Below are positions 1 through 18,128 of a stretch of 64,000 bases of DNA, one piece after another. Both the position numbers and the translations under genes were made by a program. Position 1 is the stretch's first letter, and every line of letters starts with the position of its first letter. This DNA comes from the human T2T-CHM13v2.0 reference genome, Homo sapiens, in NCBI RefSeq assembly GCF_009914755.1, contig NC_060925.1, one strand, 5' to 3'. The notes beneath the pieces are model-generated. The model was not told the origin of the DNA. It ran no database searches and saw only the letters and a list, made by a program, of their open reading frames with translations.

Positions 1-55
1 ACATAGAATTAAAGAAAAAAAAGAGTACAAAAGACTTGTATTATGATAAACTTAC

Positions 56-109
56 AGTTCTACCTGTTGGGCCTATTATACCTTCTCTGCCAAGGGGACC
101 AGTGTTTCC
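56..109 (-). CDS. COL24A1: Collagen XXIV exon, 54 bp (GNTGPLGREGIIGPTGRT)
   Basis: cctcaacag|GGA...ACT|gtaagt. Confidence 0.96.
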
Positions 110-907
110 CTGTTGAGGTAAAAGAAAAACAGTCTCACTGTTAGTATAATTAAAAAAAAAAAAACTCCACAGAATCTCTTGTACAATGGTAAAAGAGCCA
201 TGTCTACATAATTATCCTTTTTAGTATAAAAGCTTACAGTATTAGCATAAATTACAATAATCTTGGTTAACAGTATGTGACACAATTCTGCATATTATTA
301 AAGTCTCTTATCAGGAGAGTTGCATCTGTATAATTTCTAAAAAACTGATGAATTAGCATTATGATTTTTATGTGGTGATAACTTCAAAGATGCATTTTAC
401 ATGTATGTTATATAACAAATAAAACTACTTTATATAAAAAAGAATAGAATGATGAACTAGGTTTTGAATAAATTTCTGTGCAGATGTTGAAAAAGTAGAT
501 GTTTGGGTAACATGAAGCATGAAATAGAGAAAAAGTACAGTAAGGAACCAGAGAACAGCATATGTGACCAACTAAACTTCAGTTCTTCATCTGTAAAACA
601 GGAATAAGAACATCTACTTCATAGGGCCATTGTGAGAATTAAATATGAAAAGTGCTTTTAAAACTTTAAGCTATTATTTGGTTATGAAGATAACCTTGAA
701 TAAGCTGGATTTCTGGTCAATTCCTCCCAAAGTAGGAAGAGAGTCTATAATTTCTCAGTGAATACAAAATGCCCATTTTAGTTTTTTCCTACAAACTTCA
801 GCTTCCGTGGTTCTTCAGAAATCATGAAAATAACTAATATATTTATAGCTGAAGAAATATTCAGAAAGGTCTTTAAACAATTACCATGATAATACTCCTC
901 TTTGCAT

Positions 908-1223
<316 letters not shown>

Positions 1224-1234
1224 CTTTTTGCATT

Positions 1235-1442
1235 TTTTAAAATTATACTTTAAGTTTTAGGGTACATGTGCACAACGTGCAGGTTAGTTACATAAGTATG
1301 ATAGACTGGATGAAGAAAATGTGGCACATATACACCATGGAATACTATGCAGCCATAAAAGATGATGAGTTTATGTCCTTTGTAGGGACATGGATGAAGC
1401 TGGAAACCATCATTCTCAGCAAACTATTGCAAGGACAAAAAA
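1235..1442 (-). mobile_element. Very short 5'-inverted L1PA insertion (3' end on minus ~1235-1294; inverted ORF2-end piece on plus ~1298-1442)
   Basis: L1 terminus ttatactttaagttttagggtacatgtg joined to plus-strand atgatagactgg...ggacaaaaaacc; TSD cctttttgcatt at 1223-1234 and 1443-1454. Confidence 0.9.
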
Positions 1443-2333
1443 CCTTTTTGCATTATTGACAACAATTTATTGTAAGAGTTAGGAAAGCGGTATAGGATTT
1501 TAGAAGTTTGACTTTCATTTAATAGTTATTTAAGATACCTTTATCCTACATCTGAACTGCTTCCCTTTTTCCTCTCTCTGCTCTTTCAACACTTGCCCCT
1601 GCAGCTGCTATTAGTCATAGAGATGCTACTACCACAGCCAAACCATTACTTGAAGTTTTAAATTTTTTTTCAGCTTTTTTTCAGTTTTATAGAACATCTC
1701 ATCAATTAGAAAGCTTTGATTAATAAAAACTAAAAACAAAACAAAAAACTAAAAACAATAATCAGTAAGCACTGGTGGCTTATTTGTCCTATTTATATTC
1801 TCTACAATTTGCAATTACAAGCACTCATTGCTAATTGGAGTTCTTCAGACCCTGCTTTTTGCAACTATTTAAGCGGTTCCTCATCACTCTCTTGGGATAC
1901 CTGCCCCTGAGCTGGGAAAACACAGCTATTGGGAAATATTTTCAGTCTGGTCTGAAGAGCTCTGGTCATACACAAGCTTCTTCCAGGTGGTGCATGGAGG
2001 TGGTCTCTGGTTGCATTAATGCTTATAACGTGAAATTGCTGTATGTTTTTGTTCCTGGCGTGAGTTAATACATTATCCAGTCTTCACAGTAATTCTGATG
2101 ATTCTTTTTTTTTTTTTAAGTAAGACTAGAAGTACGGGTGGTCTATGAGGTATTTTGCTCAAACTAATATATGAACTGCAAAAGATTGAATTCTGCATGT
2201 GCCCTTATGAGTTTCTATCTTAAAAGTCATTTCATTAAGTTATTTACTTGAAGTACATTACATTTAGAGCTCTTAAGCCCTGCAGTAAGCAAAGAACCAC
2301 AATTTCTGGTAGGCAGAATGACTTTACACTTAC

Positions 2334-2396
2334 TCTGTGTCCAATAGGACCTTTAGGACCTGATATCCCAACAATGCCAGCATCCCCTTCAGGACC
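2334..2396 (-). CDS. COL24A1: Collagen XXIV exon, 63 bp (GPEGDAGIVGISGPKGPIGHR)
   Basis: tatgtctag|GGT...AGA|gtaagt. Confidence 0.96.
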
Positions 2397-2950
2397 CTAG
2401 ACATACAATAAGAAACAAAAAGATAAAATTTGTAGCTCTATATGAACATTTTACAAAACTATATAAATCTATCAAGAATTGCTCTTTTAAAAATGGAATA
2501 TAATACTGTTGTGCATGCTGAAGAATTCAGAAGGAAGTGTACTGAGGCCTACAATTTACTTAGAAATACACCAATGAAGGGAGAGAGGGATACGTAGATG
2601 GATAAGCACAATAATGCCAGCAGGGTAAAATGTTAATGGTAAAATTTAGGTAATGGGTATAGGCATTTACTGTAAAATTTTCTCAACATTGCTGTATGTT
2701 TGAAAATTTTCATAATAAACTGCTTGGGAAAAGGGATGAAAGAAAACAAAATCATATCATATACTAAAATTTCTGGGAAAATGTATAGTTACATAATTTT
2801 AAAAACAGATGTATTCGAAACTCAAATATATAAATATGTACCAACTGAAATTTTACAGATTTAAAAAAGCTCAAGTTACAGACTATATTATTTCAACAGC
2901 TCTTTTATTTCTAGATAGCTAGAAGACTAGAAGAAAGTATGTAAACATAC

Positions 2951-3004
2951 TTTAGGGCCTGGGAATCCTTGGAAACCTGTCAAACCTTGAACACCATATT
3001 CTCC
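2951..3004 (-). CDS. COL24A1: Collagen XXIV exon, 54 bp (GEYGVQGLTGFQGFPGPK)
   Basis: actttgcag|GGA...AAA|gtatgt; the upstream intron is 92 bp. Confidence 0.96.
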
Positions 3005-3096
3005 CTGCAAAGTGAATTGACATGATAATAATTATTGTACAATGGCAGCCTGCTCTGTAGAATAAGTGCTTGGTGAATTTCTGAGGTGGTACATAC

Positions 3097-3204
3097 AGGC
3101 TGCCCTTTCAGGCCAGGGTCTCCACATGGTCCTTGATCACCTTGTGCTCCTCGGTGACCTCTTTTACCTTGAATTCCAGGTTGACCAGGTAGCCCTTGTT
3201 CACC
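3097..3204 (-). CDS. COL24A1: Collagen XXIV exon, 108 bp (GEQGLPGQPGIQGKRGHRGAQGDQGPCGDPGLKGQP)
   Basis: ctacccatag|GGT...CCT|gtatgt. Confidence 0.96.
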
Positions 3205-3559
3205 CTATGGGTAGAACAAAGAAAAGCGATCTTTACATCAGAACATATAAACATATTGGCTTTTGAATGAAACCCAAATACAGGCCCATCCTTAGGCCCA
3301 TTCCATAAATACAAGGCACTGGGGAAATCAAATTTTGCATGTTCATCTTGTTCACCAATATTTTCCACACAAGTAGTATTTAATTATAATGTACCAGAAG
3401 AGTAGCAGTGGGAAAAGGAAATTCCAGAGATTGTGGTGATGTGTGGAAAGAAGAGGGAAGGGGGAACCTATAAAACTAGTAGGATAGTAAGGCTTGAGAG
3501 GGGATAGTGAGGGTGTGGTATGTGTGGGTGTGTTTATATGTGATGGAACTTATATTTTG

Positions 3560-3881
<322 letters not shown>

Positions 3882-5191
3882 TGAATTGATATCATTTTTC
3901 TGTGTTTTCCCTACCATCCAGAGATGATTCAGCTATCTAATACCAGAAAAAGAGTAGTCTCCTGAAGTGTAAACCCTGGTTTTAGCCATGATTATCTTTT
4001 TAATTCCATCAATAAAAAATTTCCATTATCTGTCTCCCTAGATTCCTTTGATATGAACTGTCTTTATCCCCTAAAAGTCACTTTAAGTACATACTTAATC
4101 AACATTATTGAATTTCTAAAAGTCAAGTCTTTTTTCATTGATTTTTATTTTTGAAATGAGAGTTGAAATATCTTTCACACCATTTCTAAAAGTAAATTTA
4201 GGAATCAGGTGGATTTTAGAGATAGGTTAATGAAAAACGATGCTTGGTAGACTTTGGCCAAAGCTTCTTTAAGATTAACAAATTATCTCTTACTGTCTTG
4301 AGACAAAGCTATACAATTTTGGGGTTTGACAAATATGGATCTTTCTTATTGCAAATTCAAGCCTAAAACATGGGATCTTTACTTCTTTTCCTGGCTTTAG
4401 CATTTGCTTAGCTGCTTTGAATTTTAGCACAAAGGAATATTCATGGTATAAACATTAACAGAAGACTAATATTGTAAACAGTAAACAAGTAGGTCATGAT
4501 TTTCAGTTTACCCACATGGGTCAGAAATCTGAAAATTCTTTAGAAGTGGAACTGGGAAAATCAGGTTAAGAGGTAATAATGGTAAGGGTGCCAATGTCTT
4601 AGTCTTAGGCTTTTATGAAAGAGCTTTAGATGTTGGACTAATTTCTAAGTTGTCTGGGTCAATCCTGTATGAGATATTTCTAAAAGAGGTTTTGTCTGGA
4701 AAGTCTATTGACATGTGACAGACTCCACACAATAAATGCAATATAAGACTTAGTTACTGTCACATTAACTCTAAGAAACAGTCTGTACGGTTATCAGATT
4801 AATTAATTGGTTGGTTAGGTTCAGAGTCAGAAGAAAAGGAATTGTATTTGAGAAAGTATTTATCTGGAAGTAAATAAGATTTCCCTGTTTTGGAGGAGAA
4901 GACAGATGACAGAGAAGGAAAAAGAACAAAAATGAGTCAAAGACATAGCATTTTTTAAAGCATCACTAGTCCTGGGTCAAAGAGTTGTTACGACAAATTA
5001 CAGGCACTGTGGCTATCATGGGAGATGGATATGTCAAAACTACATACTTTCTCTTTTCCTAACGTGCTTTTACTATTAGCCAAATTCTATTAAAAACTAT
5101 TAATCTTACCATTCTGTGATCTAGCCAATGAACTCAGGGCCAGAAAGGATGGCCAATACTGCTTACCCATTGGAACAAAATATTAAAGTAC

Positions 5192-5299
5192 CTTTGGGCC
5201 TTGAATTCCTGGGCTTCCTGGCAAGCCTGATGAACCCTTTACTCCTGGAGGACCTGGAGCCCCAGCAAGACCTGTTCTTCCTGGGCCGCCTCTGATGCC
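5192..5299 (-). CDS. COL24A1: Collagen XXIV exon, 108 bp (GIRGGPGRTGLAGAPGPPGVKGSSGLPGSPGIQGPK)
   Basis: gttatttag|GGC...AAG|gtactt. Confidence 0.96.
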
Positions 5300-6033
5300 C
5301 TAAATAACACAGATAAGAAATGAAAACTGGGAAAGTTTCTAAAAAGTCAGTTTAGAGGCTCAATAAAATGTAGGAAGAGTTGTGCCCCGAAAGGCGTCTG
5401 TTAACATACTGCCCAGGAGTTATCCTGGGCTTCTTTCCCAGAAGATGAAATGTTTAAATACTTTTTTAGGAATACTCACCACTCACTTGAAATTTCTATA
5501 ATTTATGCAATGATCTTGGGTTTTTAAAATGAAAACACTAAAGCAATACGAAGTCCACCAGTACCTTCTTACTTATAAAGCCTAGGTGTGAAGTATGTTT
5601 GTTGTGTTCTAACTTTTGTATTATACTCTGGTGTACATGGCAACTCTAATAACTGCTGAAAGTCTCCTTAAGAAGAAAATTCTATTCCTCAACCATACAT
5701 GATTCCAGAAAATTTGCTAAAAATTGTTTAACTGGAAATAAAGTTAAGCAAGCAAACAGTATATCCTTAAAACTAAATCCTAAATCAGGTTGGCAAACTA
5801 CACTTTGCAAACTAAATTCAGTCCATCACCTGTTTTTGTAGATCTCATGAACTAAGAACAGTTTTTACATTTTTAAACATTGAAAAGAATAATACTTAAA
5901 GACATGGAAAAATTCTATGAAATTAAAATTTCAGTATATATTAAGTTTTACTGGACAGTCATGCTCATTCATTTACATATTGTTTAGGGCTGCATTTGCA
6001 CAACAATAGCAGAGCTGAGTAGTTATGGCAGAG

Positions 6034-9377
<3,344 letters not shown>

Positions 9378-11236
9378 TGGTAGAGATCTTATATGGCACT
9401 TCCATTGCTTTGTACCGTTGCTTGGTGTACTACAAATTGCAGTGATGCAGTTATAGTGTTTCAAGTGGAACATATATTACTGTGACACTTTATTTTTACC
9501 AGTGCACATGCTATCATATCAAAGCAAGAAAAGAAAAGTGGACTTCGAATATTGTATTTTTAGGCACCATGGAAAATGAATTTTCTTATTGAATTAGATG
9601 GCAAAGCCTTGTATTTACTATGTAATATTACTATAGCTATGCTTAAAAATTATACAGTATATATCAACATTATCAGACTAGGCACATAATATAATATTTC
9701 TACCTCACAGGAATGCAACAGTCAGAAAAATTGGAAAATGTAACATGGAGTATTTTATCACAGCAGAATTTCTTCACAACAAAATGAAAATGAGGCTGCA
9801 ACTGAAGTAAGTTTCTGAGTGTTCACTTCATTTGTTAGCCCAATAAGGAAAATCCCTTATTGATGACTTAATTAAATCACGTAGCAAAAATACACTTATT
9901 TAAGATTGTTAGCTTTTTGGCAAGAATAGCTGCTTGAAATGTTGAGGACACTGGTACAGCATCAACAATCAATTAAAAAAGAAGGTTCTTTCTTTTTTTC
10001 TTCTCTCCCTACCAGCACGGCCTGTTGGTTCTTGATGAGTCAATAGAAATTAGCAATACTGCTCAGTTGCTCATTCAAGGAGTCAATGCTGAGTATGGGA
10101 AGGAGTCAATGCTGAGATGGAAGAATTGTATAAATAGTCTGTGGGGTAACTGCAAGTGAGAATATTTTCAAAGAAGTTTAAAAAAAACACTAAATCAGTA
10201 CAATCTTCTGTGGATTCTGCTAAGATACAATACAACTGACAGCTATGGATCAAAAAAAGAATTATTGGATAAATTTGGAAAGCATATGGTGGGTAGATTT
10301 TCTGAACTCAAACAGTTTCAGTAGCATATCTTAGACCTAGATGCAATAAATTTCCATATTTCAAAATCCATTTGACTGTGCACTTGAGGAGTTTCCACCT
10401 AGCTTACAATTGGAAATGATTAATCTACAAGGAAATGACATGCTAAAAGGCAAAATCAAGAGAACCTAATAGAATTCTGGATATTGTTTTCAAGCAATCA
10501 GTATATTCAATGAAAATCATACGCTCATGAATTGCAGCATTTGGCAGTACCTATCTGTGTGAAAAAAATTTTCAAAGATGAAATATGTGAAATATGCAAA
10601 GTCTCATTACAGGCCAATATTAACAGCATTAACAAGTGCAGAAAATTCTTACAATAGGGAACTGTAATAAGATCACTTTACAGGAAAGGCAAGCTTTAAA
10701 AACAAAATTCTTACGTATAGCACCCTCCCCAATAAAACAGAAACAGCTGAAAACCTAAAGAAACCCACAGAGAAAGCAGATTTTAATAAGCTAAGTGTTA
10801 TCCTATACAAAGCATGACATTTTTCTCATTACTAGTCTTGCATTACAAAATTTTTACTTAATTATATTTTTAATTTCATGAATAAACATTTTGTGAACAG
10901 TTTCTCTCTTCTTACATAAGTTCACAAGTAATACCCTTGAGTTTGCTTCCTGCAAATACTAAAATTTATTCATATTTATATGAATATTTACAGAAATATG
11001 TTTTCATATTTACAGAAAAAGTTTGTTGACTTCTCTTCTAGGAATAACTTATTTTCTGAGTTGATTCCTAGGATATTAAATTGGGTTATTCAATAGTTTC
11101 TCCATGTATTCAACAAATATTTATTGAATATCATCTATGCATAAGGAAGCTACCATGGGAATCCCTTTAAAAATATAGATATAAATAATATATGGTTCTT
11201 GTTTTTAAGAAGCTTAAAATTAAATGAAAAAGATGA

Positions 11237-11583
11237 GACCAGGTGTGGTGGCTCATCCCTGTAACCCCAGCACTTTGGTAGAGGCTAAGGTGGGAGGATT
11301 ACTTGAGCCCAGGAGTTTGAGACCAGTCTGGGTGACACAGTGAAACCCCATCTCTAAAAAAAAAAAAAAAAAAGAAAGGAAAAAAGTAGTTACCAGGGCA
11401 TGGTATTGTGAGCATCTGTAGCCTTAGCTGCTTGGGAAGCTGAGGTGAGAGAATCGCTTGAGCCCAAGAGTTCAAAGATGCAGTGAGCCATGATCATGCC
11501 ACTGCACTCTAGCCTGGGCAACAGAGTGAGACCCTGTCTCAAAAATAAACAAATAAATTAATAAGAAAAAGAAAAACAAAAAA
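11237..11583 (+). mobile_element. AluJ-like
   Basis: Dimeric Alu with an expanded middle A-tract. Confidence 0.92.
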
Positions 11584-12239
11584 CGAAATGTGATGGAATG
11601 TACTATATAAATAATTATAATGACAGCAAAAGTTTTAAAAAAATTCCAAAGAAGAGAGATGTAATGTAAATACCTGAGAGGTTCTGAGGAGGGGAAGTTA
11701 CCTTTAGTGGTAATCAGAAAAGAAATTAGTGAGAAGAAACTGGATCATGATCGTAATATAAAGATATTGCCCTTAAAGTTATAAATGTGGTGGGAGAGAT
11801 GTTTTGGCTCAAGACAGACTAAAGCCATTTCTGTGGAAGGTCTGGTTGAGAGAATGGTATTTAAAAAGTAAAGTCAATTTTGAATTTAGTACCAAAGCAT
11901 TTTTTCCTTTTTTTTCAAATAACATTTTCTTCATATTATGTCATCACATATTTTATTATTTTCTTGCTTATGGTAAAAGATAATTAAGTATATTTTTAAA
12001 AATTATCCTTTCTAAGTAGATTTTCCTCACATTCCAAAACTCACTAAAATAATGTATTTTGTATCTAAGGTTCATCTCCAATCCTGGGTGCTTACAGGGA
12101 GGTACATATAGGATATAGGTTCATGTTCCTCAGCTTGACCTTTAAGTCTTTTTTTGTCCCAACTATCTCTCACCATTTATCTGCGTTAGTGGGGCTCAAT
12201 ATTTTAAGGAACAAATTACAAGGGCAAAATCCTCACAGA

Positions 12240-12351
12240 AGGAGAAATAGAGGAAGAGAGAGGAAAAGAAAAAGGGAGAAAGAGAAGGAAAGAGAGAGAG
12301 AGAGAAGAGGAGGGAAGGAAAGAGAGGGGAGAGAGAGAGCGAGAGCGAGAG
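12240..12351. repeat. GA-rich low-complexity tract
   Basis: (GA)n/purine run; source of the spurious RE-repeat ORF. Confidence 0.9.
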
Positions 12352-15300
12352 ATCCATGCTGTGGACTTAGGATTCAGGTGATGTAGTTCTTCCAAGTTGC
12401 TTGTGCCTCATCCTAAGTGTATTATCTTATCCTGTTTCTTTCCCCTGGTTTCTATGTGTTTTATATTTGTTTTAATTTTCCATGAGCCTTTCTGTTCCAT
12501 ACCTATGGGATACATTATCTGGTAGTGTACTTTGCACATGAATGATGAGAACCCTGGAGTCATGAGATGGTGCCATTTTAGAGATCATCAATACAAATGA
12601 TAGTCATCTGAGACTTTGGGATTTAAATTTTCAAAAATGTTCAGAAAAGACATAGGTGTTATACCAATGACCAGGTCTCTAATGGGGATATGACTTAACA
12701 GGAAAGGCAAATTTTAAAAACAAAATTCTGATGAATAGCACCCTCCCTAATAAAAACAAAAATAGTATAAAGACCTAAAGAAACCCGAAGAGAGAGCAGA
12801 TTTTAAAAAGTCATATATACAAGATGAAAGAAAGGGCATGTAAGCAGCGAAAAAAATAAAGTAAAAAACAAAGTAACTTCAGAGTTAAACCAACTGAAAA
12901 GTTAAGTTATAGATGCAGATCGTGTGAGAATTTTTTTAAAAAGCATTAGGTTGTCTTGCAAGTTTGTGAGCCTCTTATCTCCAGATATTTTATAGAGGTA
13001 ATGGATATTTTAGGGAGACGCATCATTAGAACTGATTATCCTAGATGATTTTAAGATACCTCAAAATTGCATAATTCTAAAATAGAACCATTTTGCCTCA
13101 CTTTACTTATAATTCTAGGCAATTTTAAAGTTCTTCATTTTCTAATATAAAAAATGTATCTTTCAGGTGATACATGACAATGGACATTCAGAAACTACTG
13201 ACCACTCTTGAAGTCAAGATGTACTTTTGACTGAGAATAATAAGGAGCACAAAACTTGTCATTAGGGTTAACTGTAAACTAGCAACTTCATTTTACTCGC
13301 AGTGCCATCAGATATTTAACCCAGTAGAATGAATATAGTCCAAGTCATTTACTATGCTTGTTGGTTTCTTAGAGAGAAATTTGAGGATGATAGCAGAGTG
13401 TTCTGTTCAACGTTCCAAACAATGTTTCATACAAGTAAAGAACAAACATTTCTTATTACACAGATGGCTGATTAATTTTGTTTGCAAGAGAAACAGATGC
13501 TAACCCTAGGCATTCTTTCCAGTGTCTTCTAAATGATTTGTCTAAAACAATTCAGCCTATGTTAAATCATTCTGGGTAAATTTTAAAAAGTAAATATAAT
13601 TATAATTATTATTAACTTTGGTCAGAGATGCCAAAAATCAATGAACAGCTTACATGTGTATTAAAAATTAATATAATTATAAGAGTACATGGTGTCGCAT
13701 GACCAGAGACTTCCTTTATTCTCAGATAGGAGCCAGTCTCCCTACCGAAATAAGTTTTAAACCTAGCAGGAAAGTGTTGTCAGTTTTGACAGGACTGAAA
13801 CCCATGGCTTCCTAAGCCTTTGGACTCTAAAGAAACAAGTACTTCGATCAGTAATGACAACAACAACATCAACCACAACTGCAAGAGTTGCTTTTTATTG
13901 AGTGCATTCCATTTGTCAGAAATGAATAGCATTATGGTTTGTATTATTTTATTTGATCTGGTGTCAGTTAAGGAAAGAAGGCATTGCTTTTCACTTTGAC
14001 TTCCCTCTGGGAAAAGGAAGAAATTGTTTTAGTGCAAGTCTGCCTTCATTTTAGAACTGAATGGAAAGATCTGGGAAGGAAAATGGTGCTATATGCACAC
14101 ATTTAGAAAAAAGATACAGAGACAAATTTTGGAATGATGATTACTTATTTGTACATAATAGTGAAACATACCAAAGAAAGTGTCACTCTGTTATTCCCCC
14201 AGCTCCTTGGCTTAGCCGTCATATTCTCATTAGGATTGAAACAAATATATTAAAAAATAAGCAATAAAAAATAAAATTTGTTAAATCCAGGCAACGATAA
14301 AAATCTACATTCTAAAAATAGCTAAAAATATTATATTTAAAGTTATGCTGAGTGAAATTACAAATATTTCGAATATCAATTTTATTGATTTCTCATAGTA
14401 GAATGACAAAATGACACTGAACTTCATATTGGTTGATATTTTTCTTTAAAGTACTACCTTAACATTTTTCTAAAAAAAGTTTTTTCCTTTCTCTTCTGCC
14501 AGGCACCTTATGTGTACAGAGCATTATGTTTATATAGTTATTAACTATGTGAGAAGATAATAAGAAAAATTAATTTAAAATTAATTTACTTTCTGTAGTA
14601 CAAATATAATATCCTAGATTATTAGGCAATGTAAGTACTATTTTTTTTCTTAAGCCAGCAAACCCAGAAGTTATATAAATAATACTTTACTTCCTTTAGT
14701 CTGAGCAACTCAAAACACTTCTGTTTAAGTAGGAATTTCTCGTTTTATTTGGTTTACTAAATATATCCCTTCCTGCAAAGGATTGGTGTTTAAAAATATG
14801 TGGGATGGTAATTATTAGGTGATTATATGCAAGGCTACATTTTACATAAATAATGTAGCATTCATAATATTTTCCTGCCGTGCCAATCATAAGTAATGTA
14901 GCCAATTGCTAGAAATAAGATTTATGAATGAGCTATATACTAAAGTTAGGAGGTAATTTTAGTTTTGAATTTCTAAACATATTAAAGCTTATGGAACTGA
15001 GAGTACAGCTGAGGCAGGTCGTAAGGTAGTGAAGACAGGTCTGTTTGACTCACATCAAGGGTATACAATCTCTTGCTCAACCTTAATGAATACAGGTATT
15101 TCAACATTGTTTTACTTCACAGAAATTATTTACAACTGATGTTTTATCAATCCTAAAAAATAGTGCAAATGTCACTATGATATTTGACAAAATAAAGGTA
15201 TTTTATGAAATCTCCTTTACCCAGGTCTTGACATCCAATCACAGGACTAACAGGGACTGAAAGAAGATGTTTCATCTATACTTTGACTCTTAGATATGTC

Positions 15301-15751
15301 TGGGTTCACATCATTATAGAGAAATAAATGTCTATCCTTTTATTCAAAAAATAACAAATAATCTACTCATACTATCTTATTTGATTCTCCCACAACCCTG
15401 TGAACACACCAAACTCCATGAGGGCAGTTTTTTGACCATGATTAACTGCTATATTCCCTAACTCCTGGCTCTTAGTAGGCACGAAACAAATTATTTTTTG
15501 AATGAATGCATGTAAGCTTAACCATTTATATTTATTATTATGAAAAGATGATACCCAATAAATACATGCAGTGTACTATGCATTTTACATACAATATTTC
15601 ATTTGATTCTTATAAAAACCATATGGATTAAGTATAATACTATTGTACTCATTTTATAAATGCTGCTTAAGATGTCAAATACCTATCGCATCTAGATTTT
15701 AAACCCAGGTCTCCAAGATCCTAACAACTATGCAAAGAACATTCAATTCCT

Positions 15752-16062
<311 letters not shown>

Positions 16063-16399
16063 AAAGAACATTCAATTCCCAAATGTTTATTGATCTTCTC
16101 CTATGGGCCTGACATGGTGCTAGGTGATTCTACAGGACTCTTTGGAGAGAAAGAAAGACAACATCCATGCTCTGATGGAGGCAGTGTACTGAGCATCCAA
16201 AAGTTCAGAGCAGACAAGCTCAACTCCGACTAGAAAGGTGAGTGAAGGAGGTAATAGTTCAGTTAAGTCCTAAAAGATCACCATAAAGTTAGAGGGAAAA
16301 ATGGAAGAGCTTTCTAAGCAGTGGAAATAAAGTACACAAAGGCCAGAAAGTGGGGGAAATAATAGAATTTTGGGGGCTAAGTAAATAGGCATACTTGAA

Positions 16400-16635
16400 G
16401 AAGCATAGCTCTGAAACTAAGATGCCTGGTTTGAATTCTGATTGGATTACTTGTTGTCTGTGTGAACCTGCGGAAGTTATTTAGTCTCTCTCGGTCTCAG
16501 CTTCCTTTTCTGTAAACTGGATATAACAGCTGTCTCTACTTCATGGAGGTTTTGTGAGGGTTAAATCACTTAATACACATCAGCACCTGGAACAGTGCCT
16601 GGGATACAGTAAGCGTTTAATAACTGTTAGCTGTG
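16400..16635 (+). mobile_element. MIR
   Basis: MIR core (ctcagcttccttttctgtaaactgg...gtgagggttaaa...cacctggaacagtgcctgg); weaker MIR pieces near 570-660, 24420-24600, 37040-37170 and 40190-40340. Confidence 0.75.
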
Positions 16636-16745
16636 ATTATGACTGAAATGCACAGCACACATCAGAAGCAAGGTAGAATATATGTCTGGAAATGTCAACA
16701 GAGGCTAGACCACGAAGAAACATCATTCCATAAAGAGTATAAACC

Positions 16746-17052
<307 letters not shown>

Positions 17053-18047
17053 GTATGAACTTTATCTGATCAGGAGTCATGGAAAATTCAACTAAGAAAG
17101 TTAAATCCTTTAGCAGATATTTCATTTTGTTGCCAATACGCTGCCAAATACACTGAACTTTGTTGCTCTGGAAGAGTTGCTAATGAGTAGAAAATGGGCC
17201 AAAACAAGCGGCGGCGTTGGGGGTCGGAGGGAGGGAAGAAGTACCAATCAGGATAAGCCATAACTGAATAATCAACCTCTTAATAATGAGATGACAGGAT
17301 TTGCTAAATGTAGGTCTGGACAAAGAATGTAGGTCTCTTTCTCCAAAATACTGTGAAGAAAAAAGTGTATCTTCTTAGAAAGAAAAGTTTCTTTCGTGTG
17401 ACTAGCCTATGAGAACACACAGCCCAGATGGGTGGCAGGGTAGCTGGATTTCCTAATAGAAGCTTCGATGGTGGTCCTACTACAAAGGTGCTGATGAAGT
17501 GTGTTTTTCTTCCTTATACTGGACACAATCCACAAATGGAAAATTCAGGATTTTCAATGTTCCTTTAAGACAAGAAACTCATTTTAGACAACACTTATGC
17601 TTGTGTTCACCTGGAAAACTGCAAAGTCAAGATTGAAAGGCCTTGATTTGTCCTTAGTCAAGTCGTTAGTTTTATTTCTTTCCCTCTTTTCCAATGACCA
17701 GTTTTATTAGTTACAGCAATAAAAAAATAAAAAGACTGGTAAGCATTCCTTTTGGTGATAAATGGATTTATGATATTTGCAAGGAAAAGTTGTTTTGCTT
17801 TTTCCTAAATGACTGAGGTACTATGCTTGTACAGAAGTTGAACTCGATGAAAACATCATGGTAGACTCATTTACTACAGATGTGCTAAGTTGACTGGCCT
17901 CAAAACACTCATTTTCACAGAAGGAAATTCACACAGGCAACGGTGAGCCTCCCCTGTACTGTCCCTCAGTTACAGTCACATGATCTTGAAAAAACATTGA
18001 AACTGCAGAGTGAATATGCCAAGAATTCTTTAATTCCTTGGCCACAT

Positions 18048-18053
18048 AAAAAA

Positions 18054-18117
<64 letters not shown>

Positions 18118-18128
18118 AAAGAAAAGAA
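18048..18128. repeat. (GAAA)n tetranucleotide microsatellite
   Basis: About 16 uninterrupted GAAA units. Confidence 0.97.

Noticed and set aside
1835-2068. Higher-complexity non-repeat stretch with a 77-aa ORF
   Set aside because: No ATG start, no recognisable homology and no convincing splice-site pair. I cannot assign it from sequence alone.
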